Shown here: positions 13,965 to 25,957 of the stretch, piece by piece
How positions within the stretch are numbered: position 1 is the first letter of the stretch
How the letters are laid out: each line of letters opens with the position of its first letter
From: Mobula hypostoma
Lineage: Eukaryota
Assembly: GCF_963921235.1 (NCBI RefSeq)
Contig: NC_086108.1
Span: 12,958,001-13,022,000, forward strand
Direction of reading: 5' to 3'
DNA length: 64,000 nt
Notes under the pieces: model-generated
What the model saw: only the letters and a program-made list of their open reading frames with translations
Told to the model about the DNA's origin: nothing
Database searches by the model: none
Program-made: the position numbers and the translations under genes

Positions 13965-14780
13965 ATTTGGCCCATTGAGTCTGCCCCACCATTCCATCAT
14001 GGCTGGTCCAATTTTCCTCTCTGCTCCATCTCCTGCCTTCTCCCCGTATCCCTTCATGCCCTATCAACCTCTGCTTAAATATACCTAATGACTTGGCCTC
14101 CACAGCCACCTGTGGCAATGAATTCCACAGACTCACCACTCGCTGGCTAAAGAAATCCCTGGCAACACACACAAAATGCTGGAGGAACTCAGCAGGCCAG
14201 GCAGCTTCCATTGGAAAAGAATAGATGATGTTTCGGGTCGAGACCTTTCAGCAGGATTTTCTCCTGTTTGTAAAGAAATTCCTCCTCATTTCCATTCTAA
14301 AAGGATGCCCTTCTATTCTGAGGCTATGCTCTCTGGTCTTAGACCCCGCCACCAGAGGAAACAACCTCCACACATCCACTCTATTGAGGCCTTTCAACAT
14401 TCAATAGGTTTCAATGAGGTCACCTCTTATTCTTCTGAATTCCAATGAGTACAGGCCCAGAGCCATCAAACGCTCCTCAGATGAGAAGCCGTTCAATCCC
14501 AGAATCATTCTCGTGAACCTCCTTTGGACCCTCTCCATTGTCAGCACTTCCTTTCTAAGGAGAGGGACCCCAAACTGCTCACAATGTTCCAAGTGAGGCC
14601 TCACCAGTGTTTTATAAAGCCTCAATATTACCTCCTTGCTTTTACTGTTTATTCTAATCCTCTTGAAATGATCGCTAACATCATATTGGCGTTCCTCACC
14701 ATAGACTCAACCTGCAAATTGACCTTTAGGGAATCCTGCATGAGGTCTCCCAAGTCTCTTTGCATCTCATACCTTTGAAA
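13965..14780 (-). mobile_element. CR1 LINE 3' fragment with nested Penelope terminal fragment (~14157-14270)
   Basis: ORF 14401..14625 (LYKTLVRPHLEHCEQF...RGDLIETY). The insert is flanked by a duplicated TAAAGAAAT at 14148-14156 and 14271-14279. Confidence 0.85.
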
Positions 14781-15183
14781 TTTCAGAAATCTCAGATGTC
14801 AGTGCATACTGTCCCACGTGGTTCATGGGCAGAATGTGGCAGTTACCCTTCTCCTCAGACTGAGGGGAAGGGTCGGCTGGAGTTTATACTTGCGAGATGC
14901 TGCTGACCCATCACTGTCTGTAAGCAGTTTGTACGTTCTCCTGGCGACTGCGTAGATTTCCTCTGGGTGCTCCCATATTCCAGAGATGTACGAGTTAGAG
15001 TTAATAGGTTGTGGGCATAACTATGTTGACGTCAGAAAGATGGCAAAGCTTGCAGGCTGCCCCCTCCCAGCGCATCCTCGAACTGACACAAACAATGCGT
15101 TTCATTGTATATGTTTCAATGTATTTATGACAAATGAAACTAATCTCTTTAATCTCCAACTGTTGCTGCCTGCTTCGTTACAG

Positions 15184-15439
15184 CACTCTGCATCCCACGC
15201 TGCCGTAACGGTGGGTTTTGTCAGCGGCCGCAGACCTGCGCCTGCAAGCCCGGCTTTGAGGGCAGACGCTGTGAGACTGAGGTATCCCTGCAGCACCGGT
15301 CGAACATCACAGTTCGGCCTCTGGAAATCGTGTCCACCAGCAGCAGTATGAAGGGAGAAAGAGGGCGAGGGGGAAGAAAAGCAGTCATCTCCCGTTACGT
15401 TAGCCGGAAGAAAGCCACAGTTCGACGGCAGCCACTATC
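15184..15439 (+). CDS. LTBP4: LTBP-family coding exon: N-terminal non-Ca-binding EGF domain plus basic linker (phase 1 to phase 2)
   Basis: Acceptor tgcctgcttcgttacag|CA and donor TC|gtgagt. Reads [86 protein letters not shown], with six EGF cysteines and the C..RPQ.C.C..G pattern of the first EGF of LTBP1L/LTBP2. An in-frame TGA follows right after the donor. Paralog symbol is tentative. Confidence 0.85.
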
Positions 15440-15964
15440 GTGAGTACCGGGGCTGCTGGAACTAAGGGGGAGCCGTGCCTGAAGCACGCTGGACATTGTA
15501 CCTTGTAGGGACAGTGGGTTCACAATGCAATGCAGAGTGGCAGCTGATGATCCTAGTGACAATGCAACATCCCTTGCACTCTTGGCTGTAAGGAGAGGTT
15601 GGACAAGTTTAGGTTGTAATCCCTAGAACGTCAGAGGCTTAGAAGTCCTGATGAAGGGTCTCAGCCCAAAGGTAATTGCTTATTTATTTCCATAGATACT
15701 GCCTGACCTGTTGAGTTCCTCGAGCATTTGGTGTGTGTTAGCAAAGATCTGCAGTATCAGAGCTTTATAAAATTACAAGAGGCATCAGTGGAGAATCCTT
15801 TTCCCAGGGCAGAGATGTCAAATACTGGAGAAGAGAGCTTTAGTTGGTGGGAGGAGGGAGATTAAAGGACATAGGTAGGGTCAGTTTTTTTTTTACACAG
15901 AGATGGTGGGAGCCTGGGATGTGCAGCCCAGGAGTTGAGGTTACAACAGGTCAACAGCAGATGC

Positions 15965-16325
15965 TATTTCACTGGACCTTCTCTCAGCTCTGCAACAACG
16001 AGACAATGACGACGAATTCATCAGGATGCTCGCCACTGACTATAGCTCAGCATTCAATACTAGCATCTGCTCAAAATTCATCACAGCTCGAAGACCTTGG
16101 CCTCAGTACCTCCTTTTGCAACTGGCTCCTCGATTTTCTCACTTGCAGACCCCAGTCAGGTCAAATTGGAAACAAGATCTCCTCCAGTCTCCCTCAATAC
16201 AGACACACTACAAGGCTGTGTACTTAGCCCCCTGTTCTACTTGCTTTACGCCTCTCACTGAGAGGCCGAGTGCAGCTACAATGCCATATACAAATTTGCT
16301 GATGACACCGCCGTTATTGGGCTCT
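15965..16325 (+). mobile_element. Rex/Babar-like RT fragment
   Basis: Degenerate [26 protein letters not shown] and KFADDT motifs spread across frames. Confidence 0.7.
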
Positions 16326-17620
16326 GATTTGTGAACTCAGTGCTTGGGGTACTGGCACACGATAAGATCTGGCAGAAGATCTGTGAGGAGTGAATTCAGT
16401 GCTTTGGGATCCTGGCATAGGAGATGATCTGGGGGAAGGGTCTGCGAGTTCTGAATTCAGTGCCTTTGGGTCCTGCTGCAGGAGACGAACTGGGGAGGGA
16501 CTGTGAGTTGTGAATTCCATGCTATTGGGTCCTGGTACAGGAAGCGATCTGGAGAAGATCTGTGAGATGGGAATTCCATGTTCTGGTATCCTGGGACGGG
16601 ATGATCTGGGGGAAGGTCTGTGAGTTGTGAATTTAGTGCTCTGGTATCCTAGAACAGGAGGTGATTGGGGGGAAGGTCTGTGAGTTGTGAATTCCGTGTT
16701 CTGGTATCCTGGGACGGGACGCGATGTAATGATGCAGCTCTATAAAACTCTGGTTAGGCCACACTTGAAGTACTGTGTTCAGTTCTGGTTGCCTCACTAT
16801 AGGAAGGATATGGAAGCATTGGAAAGGGTACAGAGGAGATTTACCAGGATGCTGCCTGGTTTAGAGATTATGATCAGAGATTAAGGGAGCTAGGGCTTTA
16901 CTCTTTGGAGAGAAGGAGAATGAGAGGAGACATGATAAAGGTGTACAAGATAATAAGAGGAATAGGTAGAGTGGATAGCCAGGGCCTCTTCCCCAGGGCA
17001 CCACTGCTCAATACAAGAGGACATGGCTTTAAGGTAAGGGGGTGGGAAGTTCAAGGGGGATATTAGAGGAAGGTATTTTACTCAGAGAGTGGTTGGTGCG
17101 TGGAATGCACTGCCTGAGTCAGTGGTGGAGGCAGATACACTAGTGAAGTTTAAGAGACTACTAGACAGGTATATGGAGGAATTTAAGATGGGGGGTTATA
17201 CGGGAGGCAGGGTTTGAGGGTCGGCACAACATTGTGAGCCGAAGGGCCTGTACTGTGCTGTACTATTCTATGTATGTTCTATATGATCTGGGGGAAGGTC
17301 TGTGAGTTGTGAATTTAGTGCTCTGGTATCCTAGGACAGGAGATGATCGAGGGGAAGTTCAGTGAACTGTGAATTTAGTGTTCTGGTATCTTGGGATGGG
17401 ATAATCTGGGGGAAGGTCTGTGAGTTGTGAATTCAGTGCTATTGAGTCCCAGCACAGGAGACAATCTGTGGAAGCTCTGTGAGTTGTGATTTCAGTGTTC
17501 TGGTATCCTAGGACAGGAGATGCTCGGGGGGAAGGTCTGTGAGTTGTGAATTCAATGTTATTGGGTCCCAGCACAGGAGACAATCTGTGGAAGATCTGTG
17601 AGTTGTGAATTCAGTGCTGG
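16326..17620. repeat. Minisatellite, ~59 bp unit (GATCTGGGGGAAGGTCTGTGAGTTGTGAATT.AGTG.TCTGGTATCCT.GGACAGGA), split by a CR1 insertion
   Basis: gtgag recurs at 16503, 16562, 16620 and 16680, and the array resumes after ~17282. Confidence 0.92.
16720..17282 (+). mobile_element. Young 5'-truncated CR1 copy inserted into the minisatellite
   Basis: RDVMMQLYKTLVRPHLKYCVQFW through the tail ...gtactgtgctgtactattctatg. Very similar to the reverse complement of 55040-55605. Confidence 0.92.
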
Positions 17621-18018
17621 GTGTCCAATGGTGTGCTTTTCCATCCCTGTTACAGCACGTGTCTGGTCTCTTACACAGGCCAGGCTGGTATCTAATGTAG
17701 TGGTTTTCCAGCCCTGTTGCAGAGCAGGTCTGGTCTGTTATACAGACCAGGGTGGTGCTCCAACAGCAAGGTTTTCCAGCCCTGATATAGAGCAGGTTTG
17801 GACTCTTACACAGGCTGGGCTGGTGTCCAAAGTTGTGGTTTTCCAGCCTGTTACAGAGCAGGTCTGGACTCCTATATGGGCCAGGCTGGTGACCAATCTT
17901 GTGGTTTACCAGCCCTTATCCAGAACAGGTCTGGTCTCTTACACAGGCCAGGCTGGTGTCCAATCTTGTGGTTTTCCAGCCTGTTACGAGCAGGTCTGGT
18001 CTCCTACACAGCCAGGCT
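17621..18018. repeat. Minisatellite, ~67 bp unit, about 6 copies
   Basis: ccagc recurs at 17708, 17776, 17843, 17909 and 17976. Unit is approximately TGGTGTCCAA..TTGTGGTTTTCCAGCCCTGTTACAGAGCAGGTCTGGTCTCTTACACAGGCCAGGC. Confidence 0.9.
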
Positions 18019-19704
18019 TACTCAAGATAGATTTCTTTCCAGGAAGAATATCACTGAACCAGTGAATTTTTACAACAACGTGGTTTTTCACACAGTTAAT
18101 GACACAGAAGATACTTGAAAGCAAGATATTGAGTTTCCAGAATTCTTTAGTTACCATAGTGTGATTTGAACTCTCACTTTTGGATTATGAGGCTTCAGTA
18201 ACTTATCCCCTGTCTTTGTAACCTGATGGCTTTGAAACCTGTGATTAGCCAGTATTTAAACATACTTCATATTGAGCCACATTAACTTATAGCATTTGAA
18301 GTCAGCAAAGTCAACTTTAATTTTTAAAGCAATATTTTTCTGGGTTTACTTTTAAAGCTCAGTGTTGAAATGGATGGTTAAAAAATGTGCATCTTATCTT
18401 TGTTTTCTTCCACTTGCTGAGCCAAACCAACCTCAGGGCCTCAGATCAATCCAGTATTTCAAAGTTCAAAGTATGTATACATTATACGACCTGAGATTCA
18501 TCTCCTTACAGACAGCCACAAAACAAAGAAACCCAAAAGAAACGAAAGAAGACCATCGAACACCCAGTGTGCAAAGAGAGAGGAATAAAACAAATCGTGC
18601 AAACAATAAAAGCAAGGAAACAGCGTTTGGAACTGAAGTTCACAAAGCCGGGCATCAGTGCAGCTGATCCAGATGTTCACTCGTTGCAGGACACAGCCTC
18701 AGTCCAGCACAGGGGCGAGTGAACCCCATGGAGCAGATAGCCGAACTGGCCCGTCTCACACCTTTGACTCCAACACCCAGGCCATTTCAAATGTTCAGAC
18801 CTCGCCCATGGGCTTGGGTTCCTTCGCTTGATTTGGCCCGTATCCAACCTTTCCAATACCACTCGTATCGATCAAACCTTGGGCCTTTCCTTTTGGCCCA
18901 TCTAGTTCATGGCAAACCATGTAAATCTCCTACTCCCATCAACCTGCACCAGGACCATAGCCCTCCGTACTCCTACCATCCATGTACTTATCCAAACTTC
19001 TCTTAAATGCTGAAACCGTGCTCGCATGCACCACGTGCTGGCAGCTCGTTCCACACTTTCACCACCCTCTGAGAGAAAATGTTTCCCTCATGTTCCCCTT
19101 AAACTTCTCACCTTTCACTCTTAACCTACGACCTCTGGTTGTAGTTCCACCCAACCTCAGTGCAAAAAGTCAGCTGGCATAATTTTGTATACCTCTATCA
19201 AATCTCCTCTCAATCTCCTATGTTTCAAGGAAGAAAGTCCAAAATATGGGCAGGGAAAAGGCAAATGTGAGGATTGTATTTTGGAAAGTTAAATTTGAAA
19301 GGAATGCATTCAGTAAAATGCAGGTCCTTTGAGAACAGATGTGCAGAGGGATCTTCAGTTGCAAGTCTATAGCTCTCTGAAGGTTGCAAAGATGGCATAT
19401 AGCATATTGCATTAATTGGTTAGGGTGCTGAGTAGAAAACCCTTCGGACAGATGGAGCTTCTCAGCCACGATTGTCAGCTCATTTGGGAGAAGGAGAATT
19501 CTGATCTCAAACCTTTGCTGTCTTGTGGATATATTCCATAGGGAAGGCTTTGGGAGTAAGCCCCTATGGAAAAGTCTGGAGCTGGAGTCCCTAAGGCAGT
19601 CCAACATTGAGTTAAATGCTGACTGCCAACTCCTGCGACACTGCTGATGCCAAAGTGACGTCAGTCTCTGCCGTTCCTTTGGGTTCAGTAATTTAATAGC
19701 TCAA

Positions 19705-20940
19705 GAGTTCCATTCAATATCAGAGAAATATCTGCAATATCCATCCTGAAGCTCCTGTTTTTCACAGGTATCCACAAAAATTCTTTGAGTGCCCCAAAGA
19801 ATGAGTGACAGTTAAAATGTTACAACCCCAAAGCCCCGCCTCCAACCCTCCCACACACAAGCAGCAGCGAAGCAACGCCCCTCCCCCACCCCCTTCTGCA
19901 AAAAAGCATTAGCACCCTCCACCCACAAAGCAAGCAATAGTAAAGCCCCTAATAAAGATCATGATCTGCAGTACAACAAAAACTAGTCGTTCACCCGACA
20001 ATTTGAGACCACAGGCCACGGCCTCGGCCTCAGAGTCTGTCTGTCTCTCTCTCTCCCTAATAAATAGACAATAGGTTCAGGAGTAGGCCATTCAGCCCTT
20101 CTTGCCATCACCACCATTCACTGTGATCATGGCTGATCATCCACAATCAGTACCCTTTTCCTGGCTTCTCCCCATATCCCTTCACTTCGCTATCTTTAAG
20201 AGCTCTATCTCTTTCTTGAAAGAATCCAGAGAATTGGCCTCCACTGCCTTCTGAGGCAGAGCATTCCACAGAACCACAACCCTCTGTGTGAAAAAGATTT
20301 TCCCTCAACTCCGTTCTAAATTGTCTACCCTTTATTCTTAAACTGTGGCCTCTGGTTCTGGACTCCCCCAACATCGGGAACATGTTTCCTGCCTTTAGCG
20401 TGTCCAATAAAAAAATAGAAAAAGAGGTCTCCCCTTAGACAGCGAGAGGGGAGACATAACAAAACAACTCACTGATTTATGGTTAAAAGTCTGTCGCACT
20501 GCTTTTTCTTACCCGAGTTCTTCGACCGGAGAAATGGCAACAATCTCTCACCTACCGATGAGAGAGAGCGCGCGATTCACCGAGTGCAGAGCCTCTGACA
20601 GCTGATCCTCTCTTCCCAATGTACCGCTTTCTCCTGCAATGCTTCAGTAGTTGGCACCGGCTTAGCGTCAGCCTGTCCACAGGGACGCAGAACCTCGGAA
20701 CCCTGAAGGCACGCTCGTCTTTTAAGCTGCGTCCTTAGGTTTTCGAAAAATGGCCAGTCGCGAGCCCCCGGGAGCCGGTCTCACCACCACAAAGAACCGA
20801 AGTCTGAGTGTAACTCTGGGTCAGAGTCTTCAACAGAATCCCATCCACACTGAAAAGCAAAAAACAGACATCAAAGGTAGAAATGAAGCTGCTCCCACAG
20901 ATGAAGTTGAAGGAGTCACTACTGAGAGCCATCATTCATC
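19705..20940 (-). mobile_element. Non-coding element of the 12155-type family with nested CR1 3' end (~20065-20407)
   Basis: Similarity to 43120-43988. The nested ORF 20147..20407 (MFPMLGESRTRGHSLRIKG) is the CR1 C-terminus. Confidence 0.7.
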
Positions 20941-21689
20941 TGAAGCGTGGAGAAGGGATCTTGTTACATGGGCAACAGCTTGCTGGGGCTTATGTATCTA
21001 GTCAGCTAGGATGCAGCACCCATGGTCGACCCAGACTGTTGGAGGCCCTTGTTAACCAGAAAAGTCAGGAAGTCATGTTGTAACTGTATAAAAGTTTGGT
21101 GAGGCCATATTTGAAATAATGTGTGCAGTTCTGTTTGCCTCATTTCAGAAAGGGTGGGGAATGCAGAACAGGATGTGGGCTGGATTGGAGAGGATCAGCA
21201 AGAGCATTAGAGGCTGAATTCATATTGGTAGAAGTTTATCAGGTTATGAGGGGCAAAGATAGGACAGACAGATTCCTTTACCCAGGGTCGAAGGTAAGAG
21301 AGGTAAGGTGTGGCAGGTTTCTGGAATGGGCTTCCAGGGTTCGTGGTAGAAGCATATATAATACAGTGGTATTTAAGAGCCATTTAGACAGGCAAGGAAT
21401 GGAAGATATGGACCATGTCAATACACACGAAATGTTGGAGGAACTAAGGTCAGGCAGCATCTATGGAAATGGATAAACAGTCAACGTTTCAGACTGAGAC
21501 CCTTCTTCAGGAGTGAGAAGATGCCAGAATAAAAAGGTGCGGGGAGGGGAAGAGGCTAACTGGAAGGTGAAAGGTGAAGCCAGGTGGGTGGGAAAGGTCA
21601 AGGGCTGGAGAGGAAGGAATTCAACATGTGTAATTAGACATGCTTTTTAAATTAGCATTCTTTATTATTTATTTATTGATGTAGCACAA

Positions 21690-21947
21690 AGTAGGCCCTT
21701 CCAATTCTTTGAGCTGCTCTGCCCAGCAATCCCCTGACTGAATCCAAGCCTAATCATAGGACAATTTACAATGACCAATTAACCAATTAACTGGTACGTT
21801 TTTGGACTGTGGGAGAAAACTGGAGCACCCAGAGGAAACCCATGCAGTCACAGGACGAACGCACAAACTCCTTACAAACAGCAGCGGGAATTGAACTCAG
21901 GTTACTGGTACTGTAAAGCGTTGTGCTAACCACCATGCCACTGTGCC
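21690..21947 (-). mobile_element. tRNA-derived V-SINE-like element with Pol III A/B boxes
   Basis: Minus strand head GGCACAGTGGCATGGTGGTTAGC (A box) ... GAGTTCAATTCCC (B box), followed by the conserved GTTTCCTC..GGTGCTCC.GTTT.CTCCCACAGTCCAAA core. Confidence 0.8.
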
Positions 21948-22277
21948 AGTGATGTTTGGCACGTATGCTACAGGTCAAAGAGCTTGTTCCTGTACTGCAC
22001 TGTTCAATGTTATAAGATCCGGACAGAGCGGATGTGAGAGGATTTGCTCTGCTACAGCGTCTCGAGCTGTGATACTCTATTCAAAAAGAAGTCACTATCC
22101 ATTGTACACGGAGGTGTCTTCCTGATCATTGTGAACCTGTGGAGCTTTGCCGTCCAAGGAGTAGTCAGAGCAGAGTCCATGAGTACTTTAACGTAGAAGA
22201 GAATGATGATGCGCAGGCAAGGGGAGAAAGGTTGCTATGCTTGATGGCAATGTGGAGTCGAGAATATAATCTCAGCG

Positions 22278-22695
22278 TCAGAATCAGGTTTAATATCACC
22301 GGCATATGTCGTCAAATTTGTTGTTATAGGGCATCAGTACAATGCAATACATGGTAATAAAAATTGTGCTTATAGTAAAAAATGTGTATATAAAGCTAAA
22401 TTATATAAGTATTGCAAAAAGGGAAAAAGGTAGTGAGGTAGTGTTCATGGGTTCAATGTCCATTCAGAAACCAGATGGCAGAGGGGAAGAAGCTGTTCCT
22501 GAATCATTGAATGTGTGCCTTCAGGCTTCTGTACCTCCTCCCTGATGGTAGCAATAAGAACATGGCCTGACCTGGGTCATGGGGGACTTTAATAATCGAT
22601 GCCGCCTTTTTGAGGCGTCACTTCTTGAAGATGTCCTAAGGAGGCTAGTACCCACGATAGAGCTGAAATTTGCAAGTGTCTTTGGTGACTTACAC
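22278..22695 (-). mobile_element. Rex/Babar-like LINE 3' fragment
   Basis: Same tail and body as 9232-9967. Confidence 0.75.
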
Positions 22696-23551
22696 AGATT
22701 AGGAGAATGGGCAAGAAAGTGGCAAATTAAATACAGCGTTGGAAAATGCATAATCGTGCACTTTGGTAGTAGAAATAAATGTGTGGACTATTTTCTCAAC
22801 AGGGAGAAAATCCAGGAATCTGAGATGCAGAGGGACTTGGGAGTCCTTGTGCAGAACACCCTAAAGGTTAACTTGCAGGTTGAGTTGGTGGTGAGGATGG
22901 CAAATGCCATGTTAGCATTCATTCAAGAGGTTTAGAATACAAAAGCAAGGATGTGATGCTGAAGCTTTATAAGGCACTGGTGAGGCCTCACCTTGAGTAT
23001 TGTGAACAGTTTTGGGGCCCTCAGCTTAGAAAAGGTGTGCTGGCATTGGAGAGGGTCCACAGGAGGTTCACAAGGATGATTCCAGGAAGGAAAGGGTTAT
23101 CATACGAGGAAGGTTTGATGGCTCTGGGTTTGCACTCACTGGAATTCAGAAGGATGAGGGGGGATCTCATTGAAACCTTTTGAATGTTGAAAGGCCTAGA
23201 CAGAGTAGATGTGGAAAGGATGTTTCCCATGGTGGGAGAGTCTAGGACAAGAGGGCACAGCCTCAGGATAGAGGGGTGCCCTTTCAAAACAGAGATGCGG
23301 AGAAATTTCTTTAGCCAAAGGGTGATGCATTTGTGGAATTTGTTACCACATGCAGGTATGGAAGCCAGGTCATTGGGTGTATTTAAGGCTGAGATTGATA
23401 GGTTCTTGATTGGACATGGCATCAAAGGTTACAGGGAGAAGGCTGGGAACTGGGGTTGTGGAGGAGATAGAGAAAAGGATCAGCCATGTTTGAATGGTGG
23501 AGCAGACTCGATAGGCCAGGTGGCCTAATTCTGCTCCTATGTCTTATGGTC
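22696..23551 (+). mobile_element. CR1 LINE 3' fragment
   Basis: ORFs 22579-23528 (WARKWQIKYSVGKC, LYKALVRPHLEYCEQFW, MFPMVGESRTRGHSLRI) and the tail ggcctaattctgctcctatgtcttatggtc. Confidence 0.92.
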
Positions 23552-23724
23552 ACAACAAGTTTCCTCACTCTCCTAGCCGCTGCCCTGACTTATCTTATTA
23601 AATGACAGCGCTGGCTAAGGAAGGCAGGGCCATTTTCTGCCTCTGGTTCCTGTTTTCAGCGTTATTTGACCCATGTCATTATCATGTGATCTTACCACAG
23701 TCATGTCACAATCATGTCATTTTT

Positions 23725-24643
23725 CTGGATGACAGAATTGATGGCTTGGTGGCCAAGTTTACAGATGATACAAAGATCAGCATAGATGGGCAGGTAGCAT
23801 TGAGGAAGCAGGGCATTTGCAAAAGGACATACAGATTAGGAGAAGTGTCAGCTGGAATACTGTGTCAGGAAGTGTACAGCTATGCACTTTGGTAGAAGCA
23901 ATAAAGGTGCAGACTATTTTCTAAACAGGAAGAAAATTCAAAAACCAGAGGTGCAAAGGGACTTGGAAGTCCTTGTGCAGGATTCCCTAAAGGTTAATTT
24001 GCAGGTTGAGTCAGTGATGAGGAAGGCAAGTGCAATGTTACCATTCATTTCAAGAGGACTAGAATATAAAATCAAAGATGTAATGCTGAGGCTTTATAAG
24101 GCATTAGTCAGACCACAGTTGGAGTATTATGAGCAGTTTTAGATCCATTAGCTATGAAAAGGTGGGCTCACATTGGAGGGAAGGTTCACAAGACTGATTC
24201 CAGGAATGAAAGGGTTAATGTCTGAGGAGCATCTGATGGCTCTGGGCCTGTACTCACTAAGTTTGGAAGAATTTGGGGGGATCTCATTGAAAACTACTGA
24301 ATATTGAAAGGCCTAAATAGAGTGGATGAGGAGAGGATGTTTCCTACAGTGGGGGAGTCTCGGATCAGAGGGCACGGCCTCAGAAAAGATGGACATCCAT
24401 ATAGAACAGTGATGAGGAGGAATTTCTTTAGCCAGAGAGTGATGAATCTGTGGAATTCGTGCCACAGGCAGCTGTGGATCCCATCATTGGTTTCATCTAA
24501 GGCAGAAGTTGATAGGTTCTTGAAAGCTTACGGGGAGCAGTCAGGAGAATGGGGTTGAGAGGGAAGTGGATCAGCCATGATGAGATGGCGGAGCAGACTT
24601 GATGGGCTGAATGGCCTAATTCTGCTGCTATATCTTATGGTCT
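23725..24643 (+). mobile_element. CR1 LINE 3' fragment (same family), ending ~85 nt upstream of an LTBP exon
   Basis: VAKFTDDTKI, LYKALVRPQLEY, and the same tail as 22696-23551. Confidence 0.92.
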
Positions 24644-24726
24644 AATGTTGTGTGTTAATCTCGAGACCAAGGCATTGCTCCTTGTTCCTAGTTTGTGATT
24701 GAATTGCTGTTCCTGTACCTTTGCAG

Positions 24727-24890
24727 AGTGAAGCACTCCCAGGCCATATTACTGCGGAAACTCTCCAGCAAGCTCCCTGTGGCTGCCAAGAGTCACTCAC
24801 CGATGCACATCGCCGAGCGCCTGGGCAACAAGGCAATCCCGAAGATGGCCGGGCACGGACATTCTGCTGTCAAACAATCTAAGCTGAAAG
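24727..24890 (+). CDS. LTBP4: LTBP-family linker exon (phase 2 to phase 1)
   Basis: Acceptor tgttcctgtacctttgcag|A and donor AAG|gtaaca. The open frame (S)VKHSQAILLRKLSSKLPVAAKSHSPMHIAERLGNKAIPKMAGHGHSAVKQSKLK is phase-compatible with both the 15184-15439 and 40939-41193 exons and forms a non-repeat island among transposons. Confidence 0.65.
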
Positions 24891-25204
24891 GTAACAGTGA
24901 GGAAAGTCTTTGTAAATCGAACTCTTTGAAGCACAGCTTCAGGATCTGTGGGTGACTGAACTACCAGGATCTGTCCAGTGATCAGCCTGAGCTGCCATTG
25001 TAAGGACAGTAGTGGAGGAGTCTGAATGTCATCATTACAGTGGCTGACATAATGTTGTCAGCTTAAGGCAACTGCTTTTAGTTTGTTGGTAATGGAAGTA
25101 AAGGGCTGTGGCTTTTGTTAAGCACATAAAACGACTCTCGCTTGCTTTATTCACAAAATCCGACACTTGTCTGGCAGGGAGGCCCTCAGAGCAGTTTTTA
25201 AGGT

Positions 25205-25955
25205 CCAGTGAAACCGTGGATGGTATTAATCCAGTATTTCTTCAGGATCCTGGCAATCCTTCCAGAAGCCGTGGAAATATAAGGAAGACAGGTGGTAGTG
25301 CCTTTAAATTACGATGGAGGTGGAGAAGAACAGTTGCCTCCTGTTCTTTTATCATTCTAGTACAATGGAAACCGGACATGGCTTCCATCGGAAACCCACT
25401 CACATGGATTTATACTTCAATAATAACAGCCACCATCACACCTCCCAATATGGAGTGGTTCTTTCTATTTTGAATGACCATGTGAAAACTATTTCAGACC
25501 TGGATAGTCTCCCCAAGGAAAGAAGGCAATTACACATGGGATTCCTACAGAAAGGCTACAAGGTGAAGGAAATCAGTCAGGTCTTTAAAAGGGCCTACAG
25601 TAAAACCAGGAAACCTAACAATGAGGATGTATCCGTCGCTACCATCTGTCTTCCCTATTTTTCCACAGTTTCTGGAAAGATCGGCAGGATCCTGAAGAAA
25701 TACCGGATTAATACTATCCACAAACCTATAAGGAAGTGTGAATCACAGCTTATGCAGGTCAAAGGTAACTCAGGACGGCTGGTGTTTCCAGGACTCCCTG
25801 TGAACACGGAGAGGTGTGTATCGGCCAGACGGGGCACACGGTGGGAACTCACATCAAGGAGCACAGGAGGTGTATCTGTTTGGGTTACCAGAGAAATCAG
25901 CAGTAGCAGAACATTGCATTTGCAGTGGCCATAGGATTGACTTTGACAGCACAGA
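25205..25955 (+). mobile_element. Penelope-like element (RT C-terminus plus GIY-YIG), decayed
   Basis: HRKPTHMDLYFNNNSHH, LPYFSTVSGKIGRILKKYRI, then frameshifted GVSRTPCEHGEVCIGQTGHT...IKEHRR. Confidence 0.85.
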
Positions 25956-25957
25956 AC

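Noticed and set aside
14986..15351. 121-aa ORF from the track
   Set aside because: It starts in a SINE and crosses the real EGF exon in the wrong frame.
21880..21947. tRNA gene
   Set aside because: The A/B boxes belong to a SINE head, followed by the SINE core, with no complete cloverleaf.
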